A stretch of 64,000 bases of DNA from Pseudomonadota bacterium (GCA_021325135.1 JAJPHT010000029.1:64001-128000); one strand, 5' to 3'. Shown: positions 10,643-20,212, numbered from the stretch's first letter. Translations and numbers: made by a program. The notes: a model not told the origin generated them from the sequence alone.

Positions 10643-11428
10643 GTGGCCGGATACCTGCGCGGCTACCGCCTCTCGCCGCGCCTCGTGCTTCGCGTCTGGC
10701 AGCGCGAGCTGACCCTCTACCGCCGCATCTGGCCCTCCACCATCCTCAGCACGCTCTTCGACCCCATCCTCTACCTCCTCGCCATGGGGTTCGGCCTGGG
10801 CACCTACGTCGCCTCCATCCACGGCGTGCCCTACATCCAGTTCATCGGGCCGGGCCTCGTCGCCTCCAGCATCATGACCGCGGCCGCCTACGAAGCCGCG
10901 TGGAACTCCTACGTGCGCATCTTCGTGGAGCGCAGCTACGACGGCATGATGACGACGCCCGCGGAATTGGAGGACGTCGTCGCGGGCGAGGTCATGTGGG
11001 CCGCCACGCGCTCCCTCATCAGCAGCAGCGTCATGCTCGTGGTGCTCGCGATCTTCGGCCTGCTGCGCTCGCCCCTCTTCCTCCTCGTGCCCTTCGTCGC
11101 CGCGCTGGCGGGCGTCATGTTCACCGTGCTGGGGCTCTCCTACACGGTGCGCCTGCGCCACATGGACCAGCTCACGTTCATGTTCACGCTGGGCATCACG
11201 CCCATGTACCTCTTCAGCGGGATCTTCTTCCCCCTGGACAACATGCCCGCGTGGCTCCAGACCGCCGCGTGGGCCAGCCCGCTCTACCACGTCGTGGAGG
11301 TCGTGCGCGCGCTCATCCTGGGAACGCCGTCGTGGCTCTCCCTCGTGCACGTGGCGTGGATAGCAGGGCTCATCGCCCTCTTCTGGGGCATGCCCAGCAA
11401 GGTGCTGCGCAAGAGGCTCACGAGCTGA
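10643..11428 (+). CDS. ABC-2 type exporter permease (NodJ-like)
   Basis: YIQFIGPGL, FSGIFFPL, SPLYHVVEVVR motifs; six TM segments. Confidence 0.85.
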   Translation: MAGYLRGYRLSPRLVLRVWQRELTLYRRIWPSTILSTLFDPILYLLAMGFGLGTYVASIHGVPYIQFIGPGLVASSIMTAAAYEAAWNSYVRIFVERSYDGMMTTPAELEDVVAGEVMWAATRSLISSSVMLVVLAIFGLLRSPLFLLVPFVAALAGVMFTVLGLSYTVRLRHMDQLTFMFTLGITPMYLFSGIFFPLDNMPAWLQTAAWASPLYHVVEVVRALILGTPSWLSLVHVAWIAGLIALFWGMPSKVLRKRLTS

Positions 11429-11504
11429 GCCGCGCGACGTGGATCGGTCCTTGCCACGACGTGGGATGTGTTCTGGAGGGAGGGCGCTTCCTGGAGCGAT
11501 CGTC

Positions 11505-12170
11505 ATGCGCATCCGGATCTTCACCCTCCTGGCCCTCCTCTCGGCGTCCCTGGTTCCTGCGCCCGCCGCGGCCACCGCCGGGTCGTGCACGTTCGAGGAC
11601 ACCTCGTTCGCCAACACGTCGTACACGTCGGGACCCGGCGTGCTCAGCTCGTCGGGGAGTTCCGGCGGGGCGATCTCAGGCTCCGCGCACGTCCGGTCCA
11701 GCGACGCCTCCACGGACTGGGGCAAGGCCACGGGGCGCGTGAACGGCGCGCGTCACCACCTGGACGCCGGGTTTTGGGACGTCGTCTTCTCCTACGGCGC
11801 GGCCAGCGGCTCGCTTTCCTATTCCGACGCCGCCGTGGAGGGCGTCGTGCGCACCGGCGTCCAGGTGGAGTTCTTCAGCGAAAGCGCGATCACCGAGTCG
11901 GTCAGCGCGTCGGGCGACCTCATCACGGCCCCCGAGCAGGGCAGCGCCTCCGAGCCCGCCGGCGCGATCATCGTCCACGTCGACGTCGCAGACCCTGGCG
12001 TGGACGTCGACGGCCTGTTCTTCGGCGACGCGCACGTCCGGCACGACAGCAACGCCGACATCCAGGCGACCATCAGCTGGAGCGGCACGTCCATCTGCTG
12101 GCAGAAGACGGCGAACGCAAGCGCCAGCCAGACACTTCTGACCGCCCGCCGGCTCCTTGGCAGGACTTGA
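11505..12170 (+). CDS. Secreted hypothetical protein (2 Cys)
   Basis: Signal peptide MRIRIFTLLALLSASLVPAPAAA; beta-rich mature region. Confidence 0.7.
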   Translation: MRIRIFTLLALLSASLVPAPAAATAGSCTFEDTSFANTSYTSGPGVLSSSGSSGGAISGSAHVRSSDASTDWGKATGRVNGARHHLDAGFWDVVFSYGAASGSLSYSDAAVEGVVRTGVQVEFFSESAITESVSASGDLITAPEQGSASEPAGAIIVHVDVADPGVDVDGLFFGDAHVRHDSNADIQATISWSGTSICWQKTANASASQTLLTARRLLGRT

Positions 12171-12175
12171 GGGCG

Positions 12176-12478
12176 TCACCCCTCGCGCGCCGCGCCGGTC
12201 CGGTCGGCCCAGCTGGCGTTGGAGAGAAGCTGCACGCCGGTGACGACGCCCCACACCCAGCCCACGATGATGATCGCCAGGAAGAACTGCGCGATGGCGC
12301 GGCCGATGAGCGGGCGCCCGCTGGTGATGCCGGCGATGAGCGTGCCCAGCCCGGGGATGATGATGTTCGCGATGAGGCACCCCACCGCGAGGGGCGTGCC
12401 CAGCACGGGCGCCTTGGGGTACGGGGGCGTGGGGGAGGCCGGCGTCGGGGCCGGGGACATGGGCATGGCGGAAGCCAT
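12176..12478 (-). CDS. Small membrane protein, Stum/SPEC3-like
   Basis: PLAVGCLIANIIIPGLGTLIAG...AIAQFFLAIIIVGWVW pattern. Confidence 0.65.
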   Translation of the reverse strand: MASAMPMSPAPTPASPTPPYPKAPVLGTPLAVGCLIANIIIPGLGTLIAGITSGRPLIGRAIAQFFLAIIIVGWVWGVVTGVQLLSNASWADRTGAAREG

Positions 12479-12620
12479 GCGAGCGAAAAGGGGCTCCTGA
12501 AGTATGAAGGCCCGCCCAGTCGCGCGCGACCATCGCGGACACCGCGTTTCGGCCGAAGCCTCTCCTCGCGGCGCGAGCGCCGCTCGTCGGGATCGGCCTC
12601 ACGCGGCCATCACGATGGTC

Positions 12621-13811
12621 TCACTCACGTTCGACCATCGCGCTGACCGCGTTCCCGCCGCCCAGGCAGAGCGTGGCGACGCCGCGGTGCTTGCCGGTGC
12701 GCTTCAGGTTGTGGAGGAGCGTGGTCAGCACGCGAGCGCCGGATGCGCCCAGCGGGTGGCCCAGCGCGACCGCGCCGCCGCTGACGTTGAACCGCTCGGC
12801 GGGGACGTGGAGCGCGCTCATGACGGCGCAGGAGGCCGTGGCGAAGGCCTCGTTGTGCTCGACGAGGTCCACCTGCTCCATCTTGACGCCGGTCTTCTGG
12901 AGGAGCTTCTCGACGCTGGGGATGGGCGCGGCCATGACGCGCATGGGGGCGACGCCCGCGGTGGTGAAGCCCACGAGGCGCGCCTGCACCTCCAGGCCGT
13001 GCTCGCGCGCCGCCTTGCGGCTGGCGACCACCAGGGCCGAGGCGCCGTCGCTCATCTGGCTCGCGTTGCCGGCGGTGACCATGCCGTCCTTCCGGAAGGC
13101 GCCCTTGAGCCGCGCGAGCCCCTCGGGCGTGGTGTCGGCGCGGATGCCCTCGTCCTGCGTGACCAGCGAGGTCTGCCCCTTGCCGGCGGCGACGGGGACG
13201 GGCACGATCTCGTCCTTGAACCAGCCCGACGCGGTGGCGTGCGCGGCCTTGCGGTGGCTCTGCGCGGCGAACTCGTCGGCCTGCTGGCGCGTGACGTGGA
13301 ACTCCTCGGCGACGACCTCGCCCGTCTCGCCCATGGCGACCTCACTGTACGCGTCCATGAGGCCGTCGTGGTAGAGCGCGTCGACGAACGTCGCGTCGCC
13401 GTACTTGTAGCCGAAGCGCGCGCGGGGCACCAGGTAGGGGGCGCCGCTCATGCTCTCCATGCCGCCCGCGAGCACGATGCTGGATTCGCCGGCGCGGATG
13501 GCGTTGGCCGCCAGGGAGACGGCCTTCAGCGACGAGCCGCAGACCTTGTTGACGGTGAGCGCCGCGACGGAGTCGGGGAGGCCCGCCTTGAGGGCGGCCT
13601 GGCGCGCGGGGTTCTGGCCGGCCCCCGCCTGCACGACCTGGCCCATGACGACCTCCTCCACGAGGCGCGCGTCGAGCCCCGAGCGCGCAAGGGACTCCTT
13701 CAGCGCGAGGGCGCCCAGCGCGACCGCGGAGAGGTCCTTGAACGCGCCGCCGAACTTCCCGATGGGCGTGCGGACGCTGGAGGCGAGGACGACGTCCTCA
13801 GACGAGGCCAT
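12621..13811 (-). CDS. Acetyl-CoA acetyltransferase (thiolase)
   Basis: RTPIGKFGG, NKVCGSS, NEAF, GHPLGASG, CLGGG motifs. Confidence 0.95.
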   Translation of the reverse strand: MASSEDVVLASSVRTPIGKFGGAFKDLSAVALGALALKESLARSGLDARLVEEVVMGQVVQAGAGQNPARQAALKAGLPDSVAALTVNKVCGSSLKAVSLAANAIRAGESSIVLAGGMESMSGAPYLVPRARFGYKYGDATFVDALYHDGLMDAYSEVAMGETGEVVAEEFHVTRQQADEFAAQSHRKAAHATASGWFKDEIVPVPVAAGKGQTSLVTQDEGIRADTTPEGLARLKGAFRKDGMVTAGNASQMSDGASALVVASRKAAREHGLEVQARLVGFTTAGVAPMRVMAAPIPSVEKLLQKTGVKMEQVDLVEHNEAFATASCAVMSALHVPAERFNVSGGAVALGHPLGASGARVLTTLLHNLKRTGKHRGVATLCLGGGNAVSAMVERE

Positions 13812-13889
13812 GATGGCGGATGGCAGGGTCCCCCCGAAAAAGGTTCCCCCCACCGCAAGCGTGAAGGCCCACGCCTCGCGTCCAGCGGC

Positions 13890-14630
13890 GTGCCCCCGCG
13901 AGGCTTCGTCTCCTTCTTCGGCTGGTTCAAGACGACGCCCGGCTGGGCGTGGCTCATCGCCGCCATCAACCTCGTGGGCATCGCCTACGGCTTCTACTAT
14001 TACCGCGTCCAGTTCGCGGGCACGCCCCTCTGGCTCTGGCCCTTCGTGCCCGACAGCCCGCTTGCGGTCCTCTGGGCCGAGCTGGCGCTCCTGGCGTACT
14101 GGCTGAAGCGCCGCCCCGGCTGGCTCGACGCGCTGGCCTTCGTGGGCAACGTGCAGGTGGGCCTCTGGACGTGCTACGTGCTCCTCGCCTACGCGCCCTA
14201 CATGGGCACGTTCGACACCGAGACGTGGCCCGGCGGCTTCCAGGGACCCTCCCTCAACGCGGTCCTCCTCGTGGGCCACTTCGGCATGGCGGTGCTGGGG
14301 CTGATCTTCCTGGCGGGCCTGCGCGCCGAGGCGCTGCGCAGCCGCGCCCGCGTCGCGTGGGCCCTGGGGATCGCGGCGGCGTACTACCTGGTGAACGACG
14401 CGCTGGACTACTTCGGCCCGGACTACGGCCTCACCAACGTCGGAAGCGGCTGCGGCCTGCGCCCCTACACCGTGCCCTGCCTTCCGGGCGCCCCCGAGAC
14501 GGCCCTCACGCTGGTGACCTTCGGGTTGACGCTTGCCGGACTCGTCGCGCTCTGGCTGGTCGTCTGGCCGCGGGGAGCGCGCGCCGCCGACCGCGCCGCG
14601 GAGCCCGTCGCCTCGACGCGGCAGCCTTAG
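13890..14630 (+). CDS. DUF1405 family membrane protein
   Basis: NLVGIAYGFYYY...WPFVPDSPLA and NDALDY motifs. Confidence 0.8.
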   Translation: MPPRGFVSFFGWFKTTPGWAWLIAAINLVGIAYGFYYYRVQFAGTPLWLWPFVPDSPLAVLWAELALLAYWLKRRPGWLDALAFVGNVQVGLWTCYVLLAYAPYMGTFDTETWPGGFQGPSLNAVLLVGHFGMAVLGLIFLAGLRAEALRSRARVAWALGIAAAYYLVNDALDYFGPDYGLTNVGSGCGLRPYTVPCLPGAPETALTLVTFGLTLAGLVALWLVVWPRGARAADRAAEPVASTRQP

Positions 14631-14837
14631 AATCGGGATTCAGCGTTGGACGAACAAGGGTATCTCGCCACGGGGAGTCCTTCCCTTGCCGAGACGGCGC
14701 GACGGTCGACCTCGCCTCAGAAGCCTCCTCGCTCCAAATCGTGGGGCCGACTGACGCTCGCCTCGACAGGCCTCCTGCGCCTGAAGCCAGTTCCGGGACC
14801 CGACAAGCGGGTCGTGGGAACCCGCCATCCGCAAGCC

Positions 14838-14875
14838 CCGCGATGCCTCCTGGGGGATTATGGGAGGCATCGCGG
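14838..14875. repeat. 13-bp perfect inverted repeat (hairpin)
   Basis: CCGCGATGCCTCC-N12-GGAGGCATCGCGG. Confidence 0.8.
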
Positions 14876-14945
14876 TGGGTGGCGTCCTTTTTGTGACCTT
14901 GGTGACAAGCGCGCGCTTTCACGCCGCGGGGCGGCTCTTTCGCCC

Positions 14946-15665
14946 ATGGCCGGGAGACGCGCGCGGATGCCCTGGTCGCGCGAGCCCGCGGAGCCCGAGC
15001 AGGTCGCGCCGCCCGCGCCGCCCCTTCCCCGCCCCCCGGCGGCTCCCCACCACTGGCTCACCGTCCTCGTCGCGCGCCCTGGCCCCGAGGGTCCCCTGCC
15101 CGTGGCGGACGCGCGCGTCGTCATCCGCCCCTTCCCCCTGGGCGCGCCGAAGCCCGGAGAGCCCATGGCGCGCGCCGCCACCGGCCCCGAAGGCACCGTG
15201 GCGCTGCTCCTCCCCGCGGGTCGCTACGCCGTGAGCGCGCGCCATGCGGGCGAAGGCCGCGCCGTCACCGTCACGCTGGAGCACGCGGGCCGCGCGCTCC
15301 TGGTCCTGGAGGCCTTGGGCAAGCGCGTCGTCCTCACCGTGGAGGTCAGCGGCCCCGACGGAGGTGCCTTGCCCGGCGCGCCCGTGGAGGTGCGCAGCGC
15401 GCCGGCCGGCACGCTCGCCGCGCGCGGCGCGACCGACGAGCGCGGCGTCGCCACGCTGCACCTCCCCCCGGGCGCCTACGAGGTGCGCGTCGGCGCGGCC
15501 CGGGCGCGCACGTTCGTGGAGACGGATACGCTGCTGCGCCTCGCGGCCGAGGCCGCGCCCGCGCCGCAGCCGGTGGCCAGCCGCTACGCGCAGAAGGCGC
15601 GCGCCGCCACCAGCTACGTCGCCCCCTTCAGCGCCGAGCACGTGCGCGACGACGTGTGGAACTGA
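14946..15665 (+). CDS. Carboxypeptidase regulatory-like domain protein (two repeats)
   Basis: TGPEGTVALLLPAGRY and TDERGVATLHLPPGAY repeats. Confidence 0.7.
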   Translation: MAGRRARMPWSREPAEPEQVAPPAPPLPRPPAAPHHWLTVLVARPGPEGPLPVADARVVIRPFPLGAPKPGEPMARAATGPEGTVALLLPAGRYAVSARHAGEGRAVTVTLEHAGRALLVLEALGKRVVLTVEVSGPDGGALPGAPVEVRSAPAGTLAARGATDERGVATLHLPPGAYEVRVGAARARTFVETDTLLRLAAEAAPAPQPVASRYAQKARAATSYVAPFSAEHVRDDVWN

Positions 15666-15671
15666 GGAATG

Positions 15672-17135
15672 CTATCGCCGCTCCGTCGCGCGCCTCGCGT
15701 CGCGGACCGCCTGCTGGACGCGGGGCTTGGCGCGCAGCTCGCGGTACTCGTCCTCCTCCTCGATCTCGAAGACCATCTCGGGGCTCTTGCGCAGCGCGGC
15801 CACGATGGCGCCTTGCGCCTCGTCTGAGGAGGAGTCGAAGCGCAGCAGGAGGCGCGCGAGGAGGATCTCGCCTTCGCCGTCGTCGCCCGCCTCGGCGGCG
15901 CGGCGGTAGGCGTCCAGCGCCTCGTCCACGCGGCCGGAGGACTCCAGGATGGTGCCGCGGTCCGCCAGGAGGCGCGGGTGGCGCGGCACCATGGCGAGGG
16001 CCTGCGTGTTCCAGTCCAGGGCGAGGCCCCACGCGCCCTGCTCGATGGCGCGCTCGGAGAGGTCCATGCACTGCTCCACGGTGAGGCCCGGCCTGCGCGC
16101 GAAGCGGCGGACGCCCCACGCGGCCGCGCCCGCCGCCAGCACCGTGCCCCCCACCAGGAGGGCGGCGGTCGCGGGGAAGGGCGACCCTTCGGGAGAGGCG
16201 GGGGCGTAGCGCACGCCCGCGACGGCGGCGTCCCCCTCGATGCGCAGCACGGCGTCGGTCTGCCCCGCGTCGTCCTTCGTGGCGGTGAGGCTCCCTGCGA
16301 GGCGCCCCACGAGGCGCGTGGGCCCGTCGGTGACGCCCTGCTGGTCGCCCACCTGGAGCTGGCCCCCGGTGGCGTCCGCGCCCACGGCGCCGCACTGCGC
16401 GAGGAGGACCTGCGTCGAGGCGGCGGCGAGGGGCACGCGCGTGTCCAGGGTGAGCGACGCGTTGCGCATGGTGAGGGTGGCCCAGGAGTCGTGGTACTGG
16501 CCCAGGGGCCCCGCGTCGCCGGTGCGCCCCGTGTCCACGAAGGAGAGGTTCTCCCGCGCCTGGAGGGAGAGGTTGAGCCCCTGGAGCTTCACGACGAGGT
16601 CGCCGTCGAGGCGCACGCGCCCCCCCACCTCGTAGGCCAGCGTCGGGCCCAGCACGCGCAGGGCGAAGTAGTTCGCATCGGGCTGGGGCGCCGCCTCGGG
16701 CGTCACGCTGTCCATGCCGACGATGGTCTGCGCGAGGGGGCTCCACGAGACGTTCCCCGCCTCCAGGGGATGCAGGCTGGTCCCGGGCGCGTCGTACACG
16801 CCCATCCAGCCGTCGGGCCAGGGCGCGAGGTCGCGCAGCGAGCCGCGCACGTCGTGGACCTCGTAGCTGCGCTCCTGCATGGGCTGGTTGGGCGGCGTCA
16901 CGATGAGGCTGCCCACGCGCTGGTTGGCCTTGTCGAACCAGTCGACGTCCACCGTGGAGGCGGTGAAGGTCCAGGAGCGCAGCCCCTGGAACCCGCCCAC
17001 GTAGGCCGCCTGGGGGTGGGCCGTGAAGAGGGCCTCGTCCGCGTCGGCGTGCCGGACCGTGAGGGTGCCCGCGACGCTCGCCGCTGATCCCGTGGGGACC
17101 AGCAGGACGAGGAGCAGCACCGCCCAGGCCTTCAC
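15672..17135 (-). CDS. Single-pass membrane receptor-like protein with cytoplasmic TPR domain
   Basis: Signal peptide; beta-rich ectodomain; TM followed by RRFARR; TPR helices (RGTILESSGRVDEALDAYRRA). Confidence 0.75.
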   Translation of the reverse strand: MKAWAVLLLVLLVPTGSAASVAGTLTVRHADADEALFTAHPQAAYVGGFQGLRSWTFTASTVDVDWFDKANQRVGSLIVTPPNQPMQERSYEVHDVRGSLRDLAPWPDGWMGVYDAPGTSLHPLEAGNVSWSPLAQTIVGMDSVTPEAAPQPDANYFALRVLGPTLAYEVGGRVRLDGDLVVKLQGLNLSLQARENLSFVDTGRTGDAGPLGQYHDSWATLTMRNASLTLDTRVPLAAASTQVLLAQCGAVGADATGGQLQVGDQQGVTDGPTRLVGRLAGSLTATKDDAGQTDAVLRIEGDAAVAGVRYAPASPEGSPFPATAALLVGGTVLAAGAAAWGVRRFARRPGLTVEQCMDLSERAIEQGAWGLALDWNTQALAMVPRHPRLLADRGTILESSGRVDEALDAYRRAAEAGDDGEGEILLARLLLRFDSSSDEAQGAIVAALRKSPEMVFEIEEEDEYRELRAKPRVQQAVRDARRATERR

Positions 17136-17219
17136 GGGCCGCGCATCCCCGGATTCACGCTTGGCGTTTCCCGTCGCCGGGCCACCCAATCCGGCCCGGC
17201 TCCCGGGGCGCTTGCGGTT

Positions 17220-17252
17220 TAGTCTGGAGATTGCCTCGCGATATCCAGACTA
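17220..17252. promoter_or_regulatory. Candidate operator palindrome in a divergent promoter
   Basis: TAGTCTGGA-N15-TCCAGACTA with further pairing inside the spacer. Confidence 0.55.
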
Positions 17253-17303
17253 TCGCGGCGGCCCTATCGCGGCGCGAGGAGCGGAGGGCGCGAGGTTCCC
17301 ACC

Positions 17304-17483
17304 TTGCGACCTTCGACCCTTGTGATGCTGGCCCTGTCCCTCTGCCTCGTCGGCCTCGGCGCGGAGCCCGTGGCCCTCGCCGACCCCTCGGACCTGCCTC
17401 CCCAGGACACGCCCTGCGTCTCCGTCAACGCGAGCGTCTTCCCCCCGGAGATCCACGAGGCCCCCTGCCCCGTCCTCGGCTGA
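17304..17483 (+). CDS. Small secreted peptide (59 aa, missed by the ORF track)
   Basis: GAGGT RBS, TTG start: MRPSTLVMLALSLCLVGLGAEPVALA-DPSDLPPQDTPCVSVNASVFPPEIHEAPCPVLG; high GC3. Confidence 0.65.
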   Translation: MRPSTLVMLALSLCLVGLGAEPVALADPSDLPPQDTPCVSVNASVFPPEIHEAPCPVLG

Positions 17484-17527
17484 AGGCAAGGACAGCCTTC
17501 ATGCGAGGGGCGGCCCTTCGGCCCGGC

Positions 17528-18106
17528 ATGGCCTGGTTCGACGGCGGCGCCGTGGAGACGCTGGCCCGCGCGGGGGGCGCGCTCGCCTCCTCCGCCCTTC
17601 TCCTGGGCCGCCGCCCCCTGGGGCCCGAGCGCGTCCTGGAGAGCCCGGTCCGCCAGCAGATCCTCGCCCGCGCGCGGGCGACGCCGGGCCTCTCGCTCAT
17701 GGAGCTGCGCCGCGTCATGGGGCTGGGGTGGGGCAACCTGTACCACCACCTCAAGCGCCTGGAGAAGGCGGGGCTCGTGGAGACGCGCGCCGCCGGGCGG
17801 CAATGCCTGGTGTTCCCCACGGGGAGCCGCGGCACGGAGTCGCACCAGCGCGCCTCCATGCTGCGCGGCGCGACCGCGCGCTGGGTCGCGGGCTACGTCC
17901 TCGCGCACCCAGGCTGCGACTTCGCGGACCTGCTCAAGGACGCGCCCGTGGAGCAGCGCACCGTCTACTACCACGTCCAGCGCCTCCAGCGCGCGAAGCT
18001 CATCCGCGCCGGCAGCCGCAGCCGCTACTTCGACCTGCGCCCCGCCGACGACCTGGCGGACTGCCTCGCCCGGGTCACCCCGGGTGACCAGGGCCCAAAG
18101 GCTTGA
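17528..18106 (+). CDS. Tandem winged-HTH transcriptional regulator
   Basis: VLESPVRQQILARARATPG...LGWGNLYHHLKRLEKAGLV; second HTH RTVYYHVQRL. Confidence 0.85.
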   Translation: MAWFDGGAVETLARAGGALASSALLLGRRPLGPERVLESPVRQQILARARATPGLSLMELRRVMGLGWGNLYHHLKRLEKAGLVETRAAGRQCLVFPTGSRGTESHQRASMLRGATARWVAGYVLAHPGCDFADLLKDAPVEQRTVYYHVQRLQRAKLIRAGSRSRYFDLRPADDLADCLARVTPGDQGPKA

Positions 18107-18131
18107 ACGCGGGCCCCCCGTTCGCGCCCCC

Positions 18132-19184
18132 ATGGGCAAGGACGAGCCCCTGACCTACGCCGGCTCGGGCGTCGACATCAAGGCCAAGGACGAGGCCGCC
18201 AAGGCCATGGTGGGCCTCCTCTCCTACGCGCGCACCGGCATGGGGCGCCCCCTGGGCGGCGCGGGCCACTTCGCCGGCATGGTGGAGTTCGGCGAGCACG
18301 CCCTCGTCCTGGCCACCGACGGCGTGGGCACCAAGCTGGAGATCGCCAACGCGCTCCGCAAGTGGGACACCGTGGGGATCGACTGCGTGGCCATGAACGT
18401 CAACGACGCCGTGTGCGTGGGCGCCGAGCCCATCGCGTTCGTGGACTACCTCGCCATCGACAAGCCCGACCCGCACCTCGTCGCGGAGCTGGCCAAGGGC
18501 CTCAACGAGGGCGCGCGCCAGAGCAACATGACCGTCGTGGGGGGCGAGACGGCCGTCCTCCCCTCGCTCGTGAAGGGCTTCGACCTCGCCGGCACCGTGC
18601 TGGGCGTCGTGCGCAAGGACCGCATCGTCAGCGGCGAGCGCATCGCCCCTGGTGATATCATGGTGGGCGTCGCCTCCAGCGGCGTCCACAGCAACGGGTA
18701 CACGCTGGTGCGCCGCGCCATGGAGCGCGCGGGCGTCAAGCTCTCCGACAAGCTCCCCTCCGGGGGCACCGTGGGCGAGGCGCTCCTCACGCCCACGCGC
18801 ATCTACGTCAAGGCCGTGCTGGAATTGCTGGAGGCGCTCCCCCACGGCGCGGTCCACGGCATCAGCCACGTCACCGGCTCGGGGCTCCTCAACGTCCCGC
18901 GCCTCAAGAAGGACGTGCGCTACGTCCTCGACGCGCCGCTGCCCGTCCCCGCGATCCTCCGCGAGGTGCAGCGCTGGGGCGGCGTCGCCGAGGACGAGAT
19001 GTGGCGCACCTTCAACATGGGCATGGGCCTCTGCGTCCTCGTCGCGCCCGAGCACGCCGAGCGCGCCGTCGCCCTCCTCGCGAAGCACTTCCCCGCGCAG
19101 CGCGTGGGGCGCGTCGAGGCCGGGAGCGGGATCAGCGTGCCCTCCTTCGGCGTGGAATTGACCGGGGCGAAGGCGCAGTTCTGA
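18132..19184 (+). CDS. purM: Phosphoribosylformylglycinamidine cyclo-ligase (AIR synthetase)
   Basis: YAGSGVD, TDGVGTK, GGETA, SSGVHSNGY, TFNMG motifs. Confidence 0.96.
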   Translation: MGKDEPLTYAGSGVDIKAKDEAAKAMVGLLSYARTGMGRPLGGAGHFAGMVEFGEHALVLATDGVGTKLEIANALRKWDTVGIDCVAMNVNDAVCVGAEPIAFVDYLAIDKPDPHLVAELAKGLNEGARQSNMTVVGGETAVLPSLVKGFDLAGTVLGVVRKDRIVSGERIAPGDIMVGVASSGVHSNGYTLVRRAMERAGVKLSDKLPSGGTVGEALLTPTRIYVKAVLELLEALPHGAVHGISHVTGSGLLNVPRLKKDVRYVLDAPLPVPAILREVQRWGGVAEDEMWRTFNMGMGLCVLVAPEHAERAVALLAKHFPAQRVGRVEAGSGISVPSFGVELTGAKAQF

Positions 19185-19324
19185 GGCCCCTCGCGGCGCC
19201 GCAAAACGTTCATGTAGCCCCCTCGTGTAGACAGGCCCGCCGCCAGGGCACGGCGAAGCCGCTCCGGAATCCCCCGAAGCCGACCGAGCCGCAGGGGCCC
19301 TGGCCGCGAAGGAGACTGGTTGCA

Positions 19325-20212
19325 TTGGCCACGCAGGAGCGCCTGCTCGAGCTGGAAGAGATCGCGCTGGACCTTCGGCGCACCATCATCGACATGATCT
19401 ACGAGGCGGGCTCGGGGCACCCGGGCGGCTCGCTGGGCATCATCGACGTGATGACGTGCCTCTATTATGAGCAGATGCGGCACGACCCGCAGAACCCCAA
19501 GTGGGAGAAGCGCGACCGGCTCATCATGAGCAAGGGCCACTGCTGCCCCGCGCTCTACGCGCTGCTCGCGAAGCAGGGCTACTTCCCCGAGGAGTGGCTG
19601 AAGACGCTGCGCAAGATCAACAGCCGGCTCCAGGGGCACCCCGACATCAACAAGACGCCCGGCGTGGAGTTCAACGGCGGCAGCGAGGGGCAGGGCCTCT
19701 CGGGTGCCGTGGGCATGGCCCTCGCGGGGAAGATCGACGGCTCGCGCCACCGCATCTACTGCATCATCGGCGATGGCGAGAACCAGTGCGGGCAGATCTG
19801 GGAGGCCGCCATGGCCGCCTCGCACTACCGCCTGGACAACCTCGTGGGCATCCTGGACCGCAACGGCCTCCAGATCGACGGCCCCACCGAAGAGATCATG
19901 AGCGTCGAGCCCGCGGCCGAGCGCTGGCGCGCCTTCGGCTGGCACGTCCTGGAGATCGACGGCCACAACTACGAGGAGATCCTCAGCGCGCTGGAGAAGG
20001 CCAGCCGCGTCACCGGGAAGCCCACCATGATCATCGCGCACACCGTGAAGGGCAAGGGCGTCTCCTACATGGAGGGCACGCTCTCCTTCCACGGCAAGGC
20101 GCCCAGCAAGGACGAACTGGTGAAGGCGCACACGGAGTTCGACATCAGCAAGCGCCGCCTGGAGGCCCGCAAGCAGCAGGCCATGGCCGCCGCGCCCTCG
20201 GGGGGTGCGTGA
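19325..20212 (+). CDS. Transketolase, N-terminal subunit
   Basis: SGHPGGSL, SKGH, LQGHP, GDGE TPP motif, TVKGKG; TTG start after GGAG. Confidence 0.93.
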   Translation: MATQERLLELEEIALDLRRTIIDMIYEAGSGHPGGSLGIIDVMTCLYYEQMRHDPQNPKWEKRDRLIMSKGHCCPALYALLAKQGYFPEEWLKTLRKINSRLQGHPDINKTPGVEFNGGSEGQGLSGAVGMALAGKIDGSRHRIYCIIGDGENQCGQIWEAAMAASHYRLDNLVGILDRNGLQIDGPTEEIMSVEPAAERWRAFGWHVLEIDGHNYEEILSALEKASRVTGKPTMIIAHTVKGKGVSYMEGTLSFHGKAPSKDELVKAHTEFDISKRRLEARKQQAMAAAPSGGA

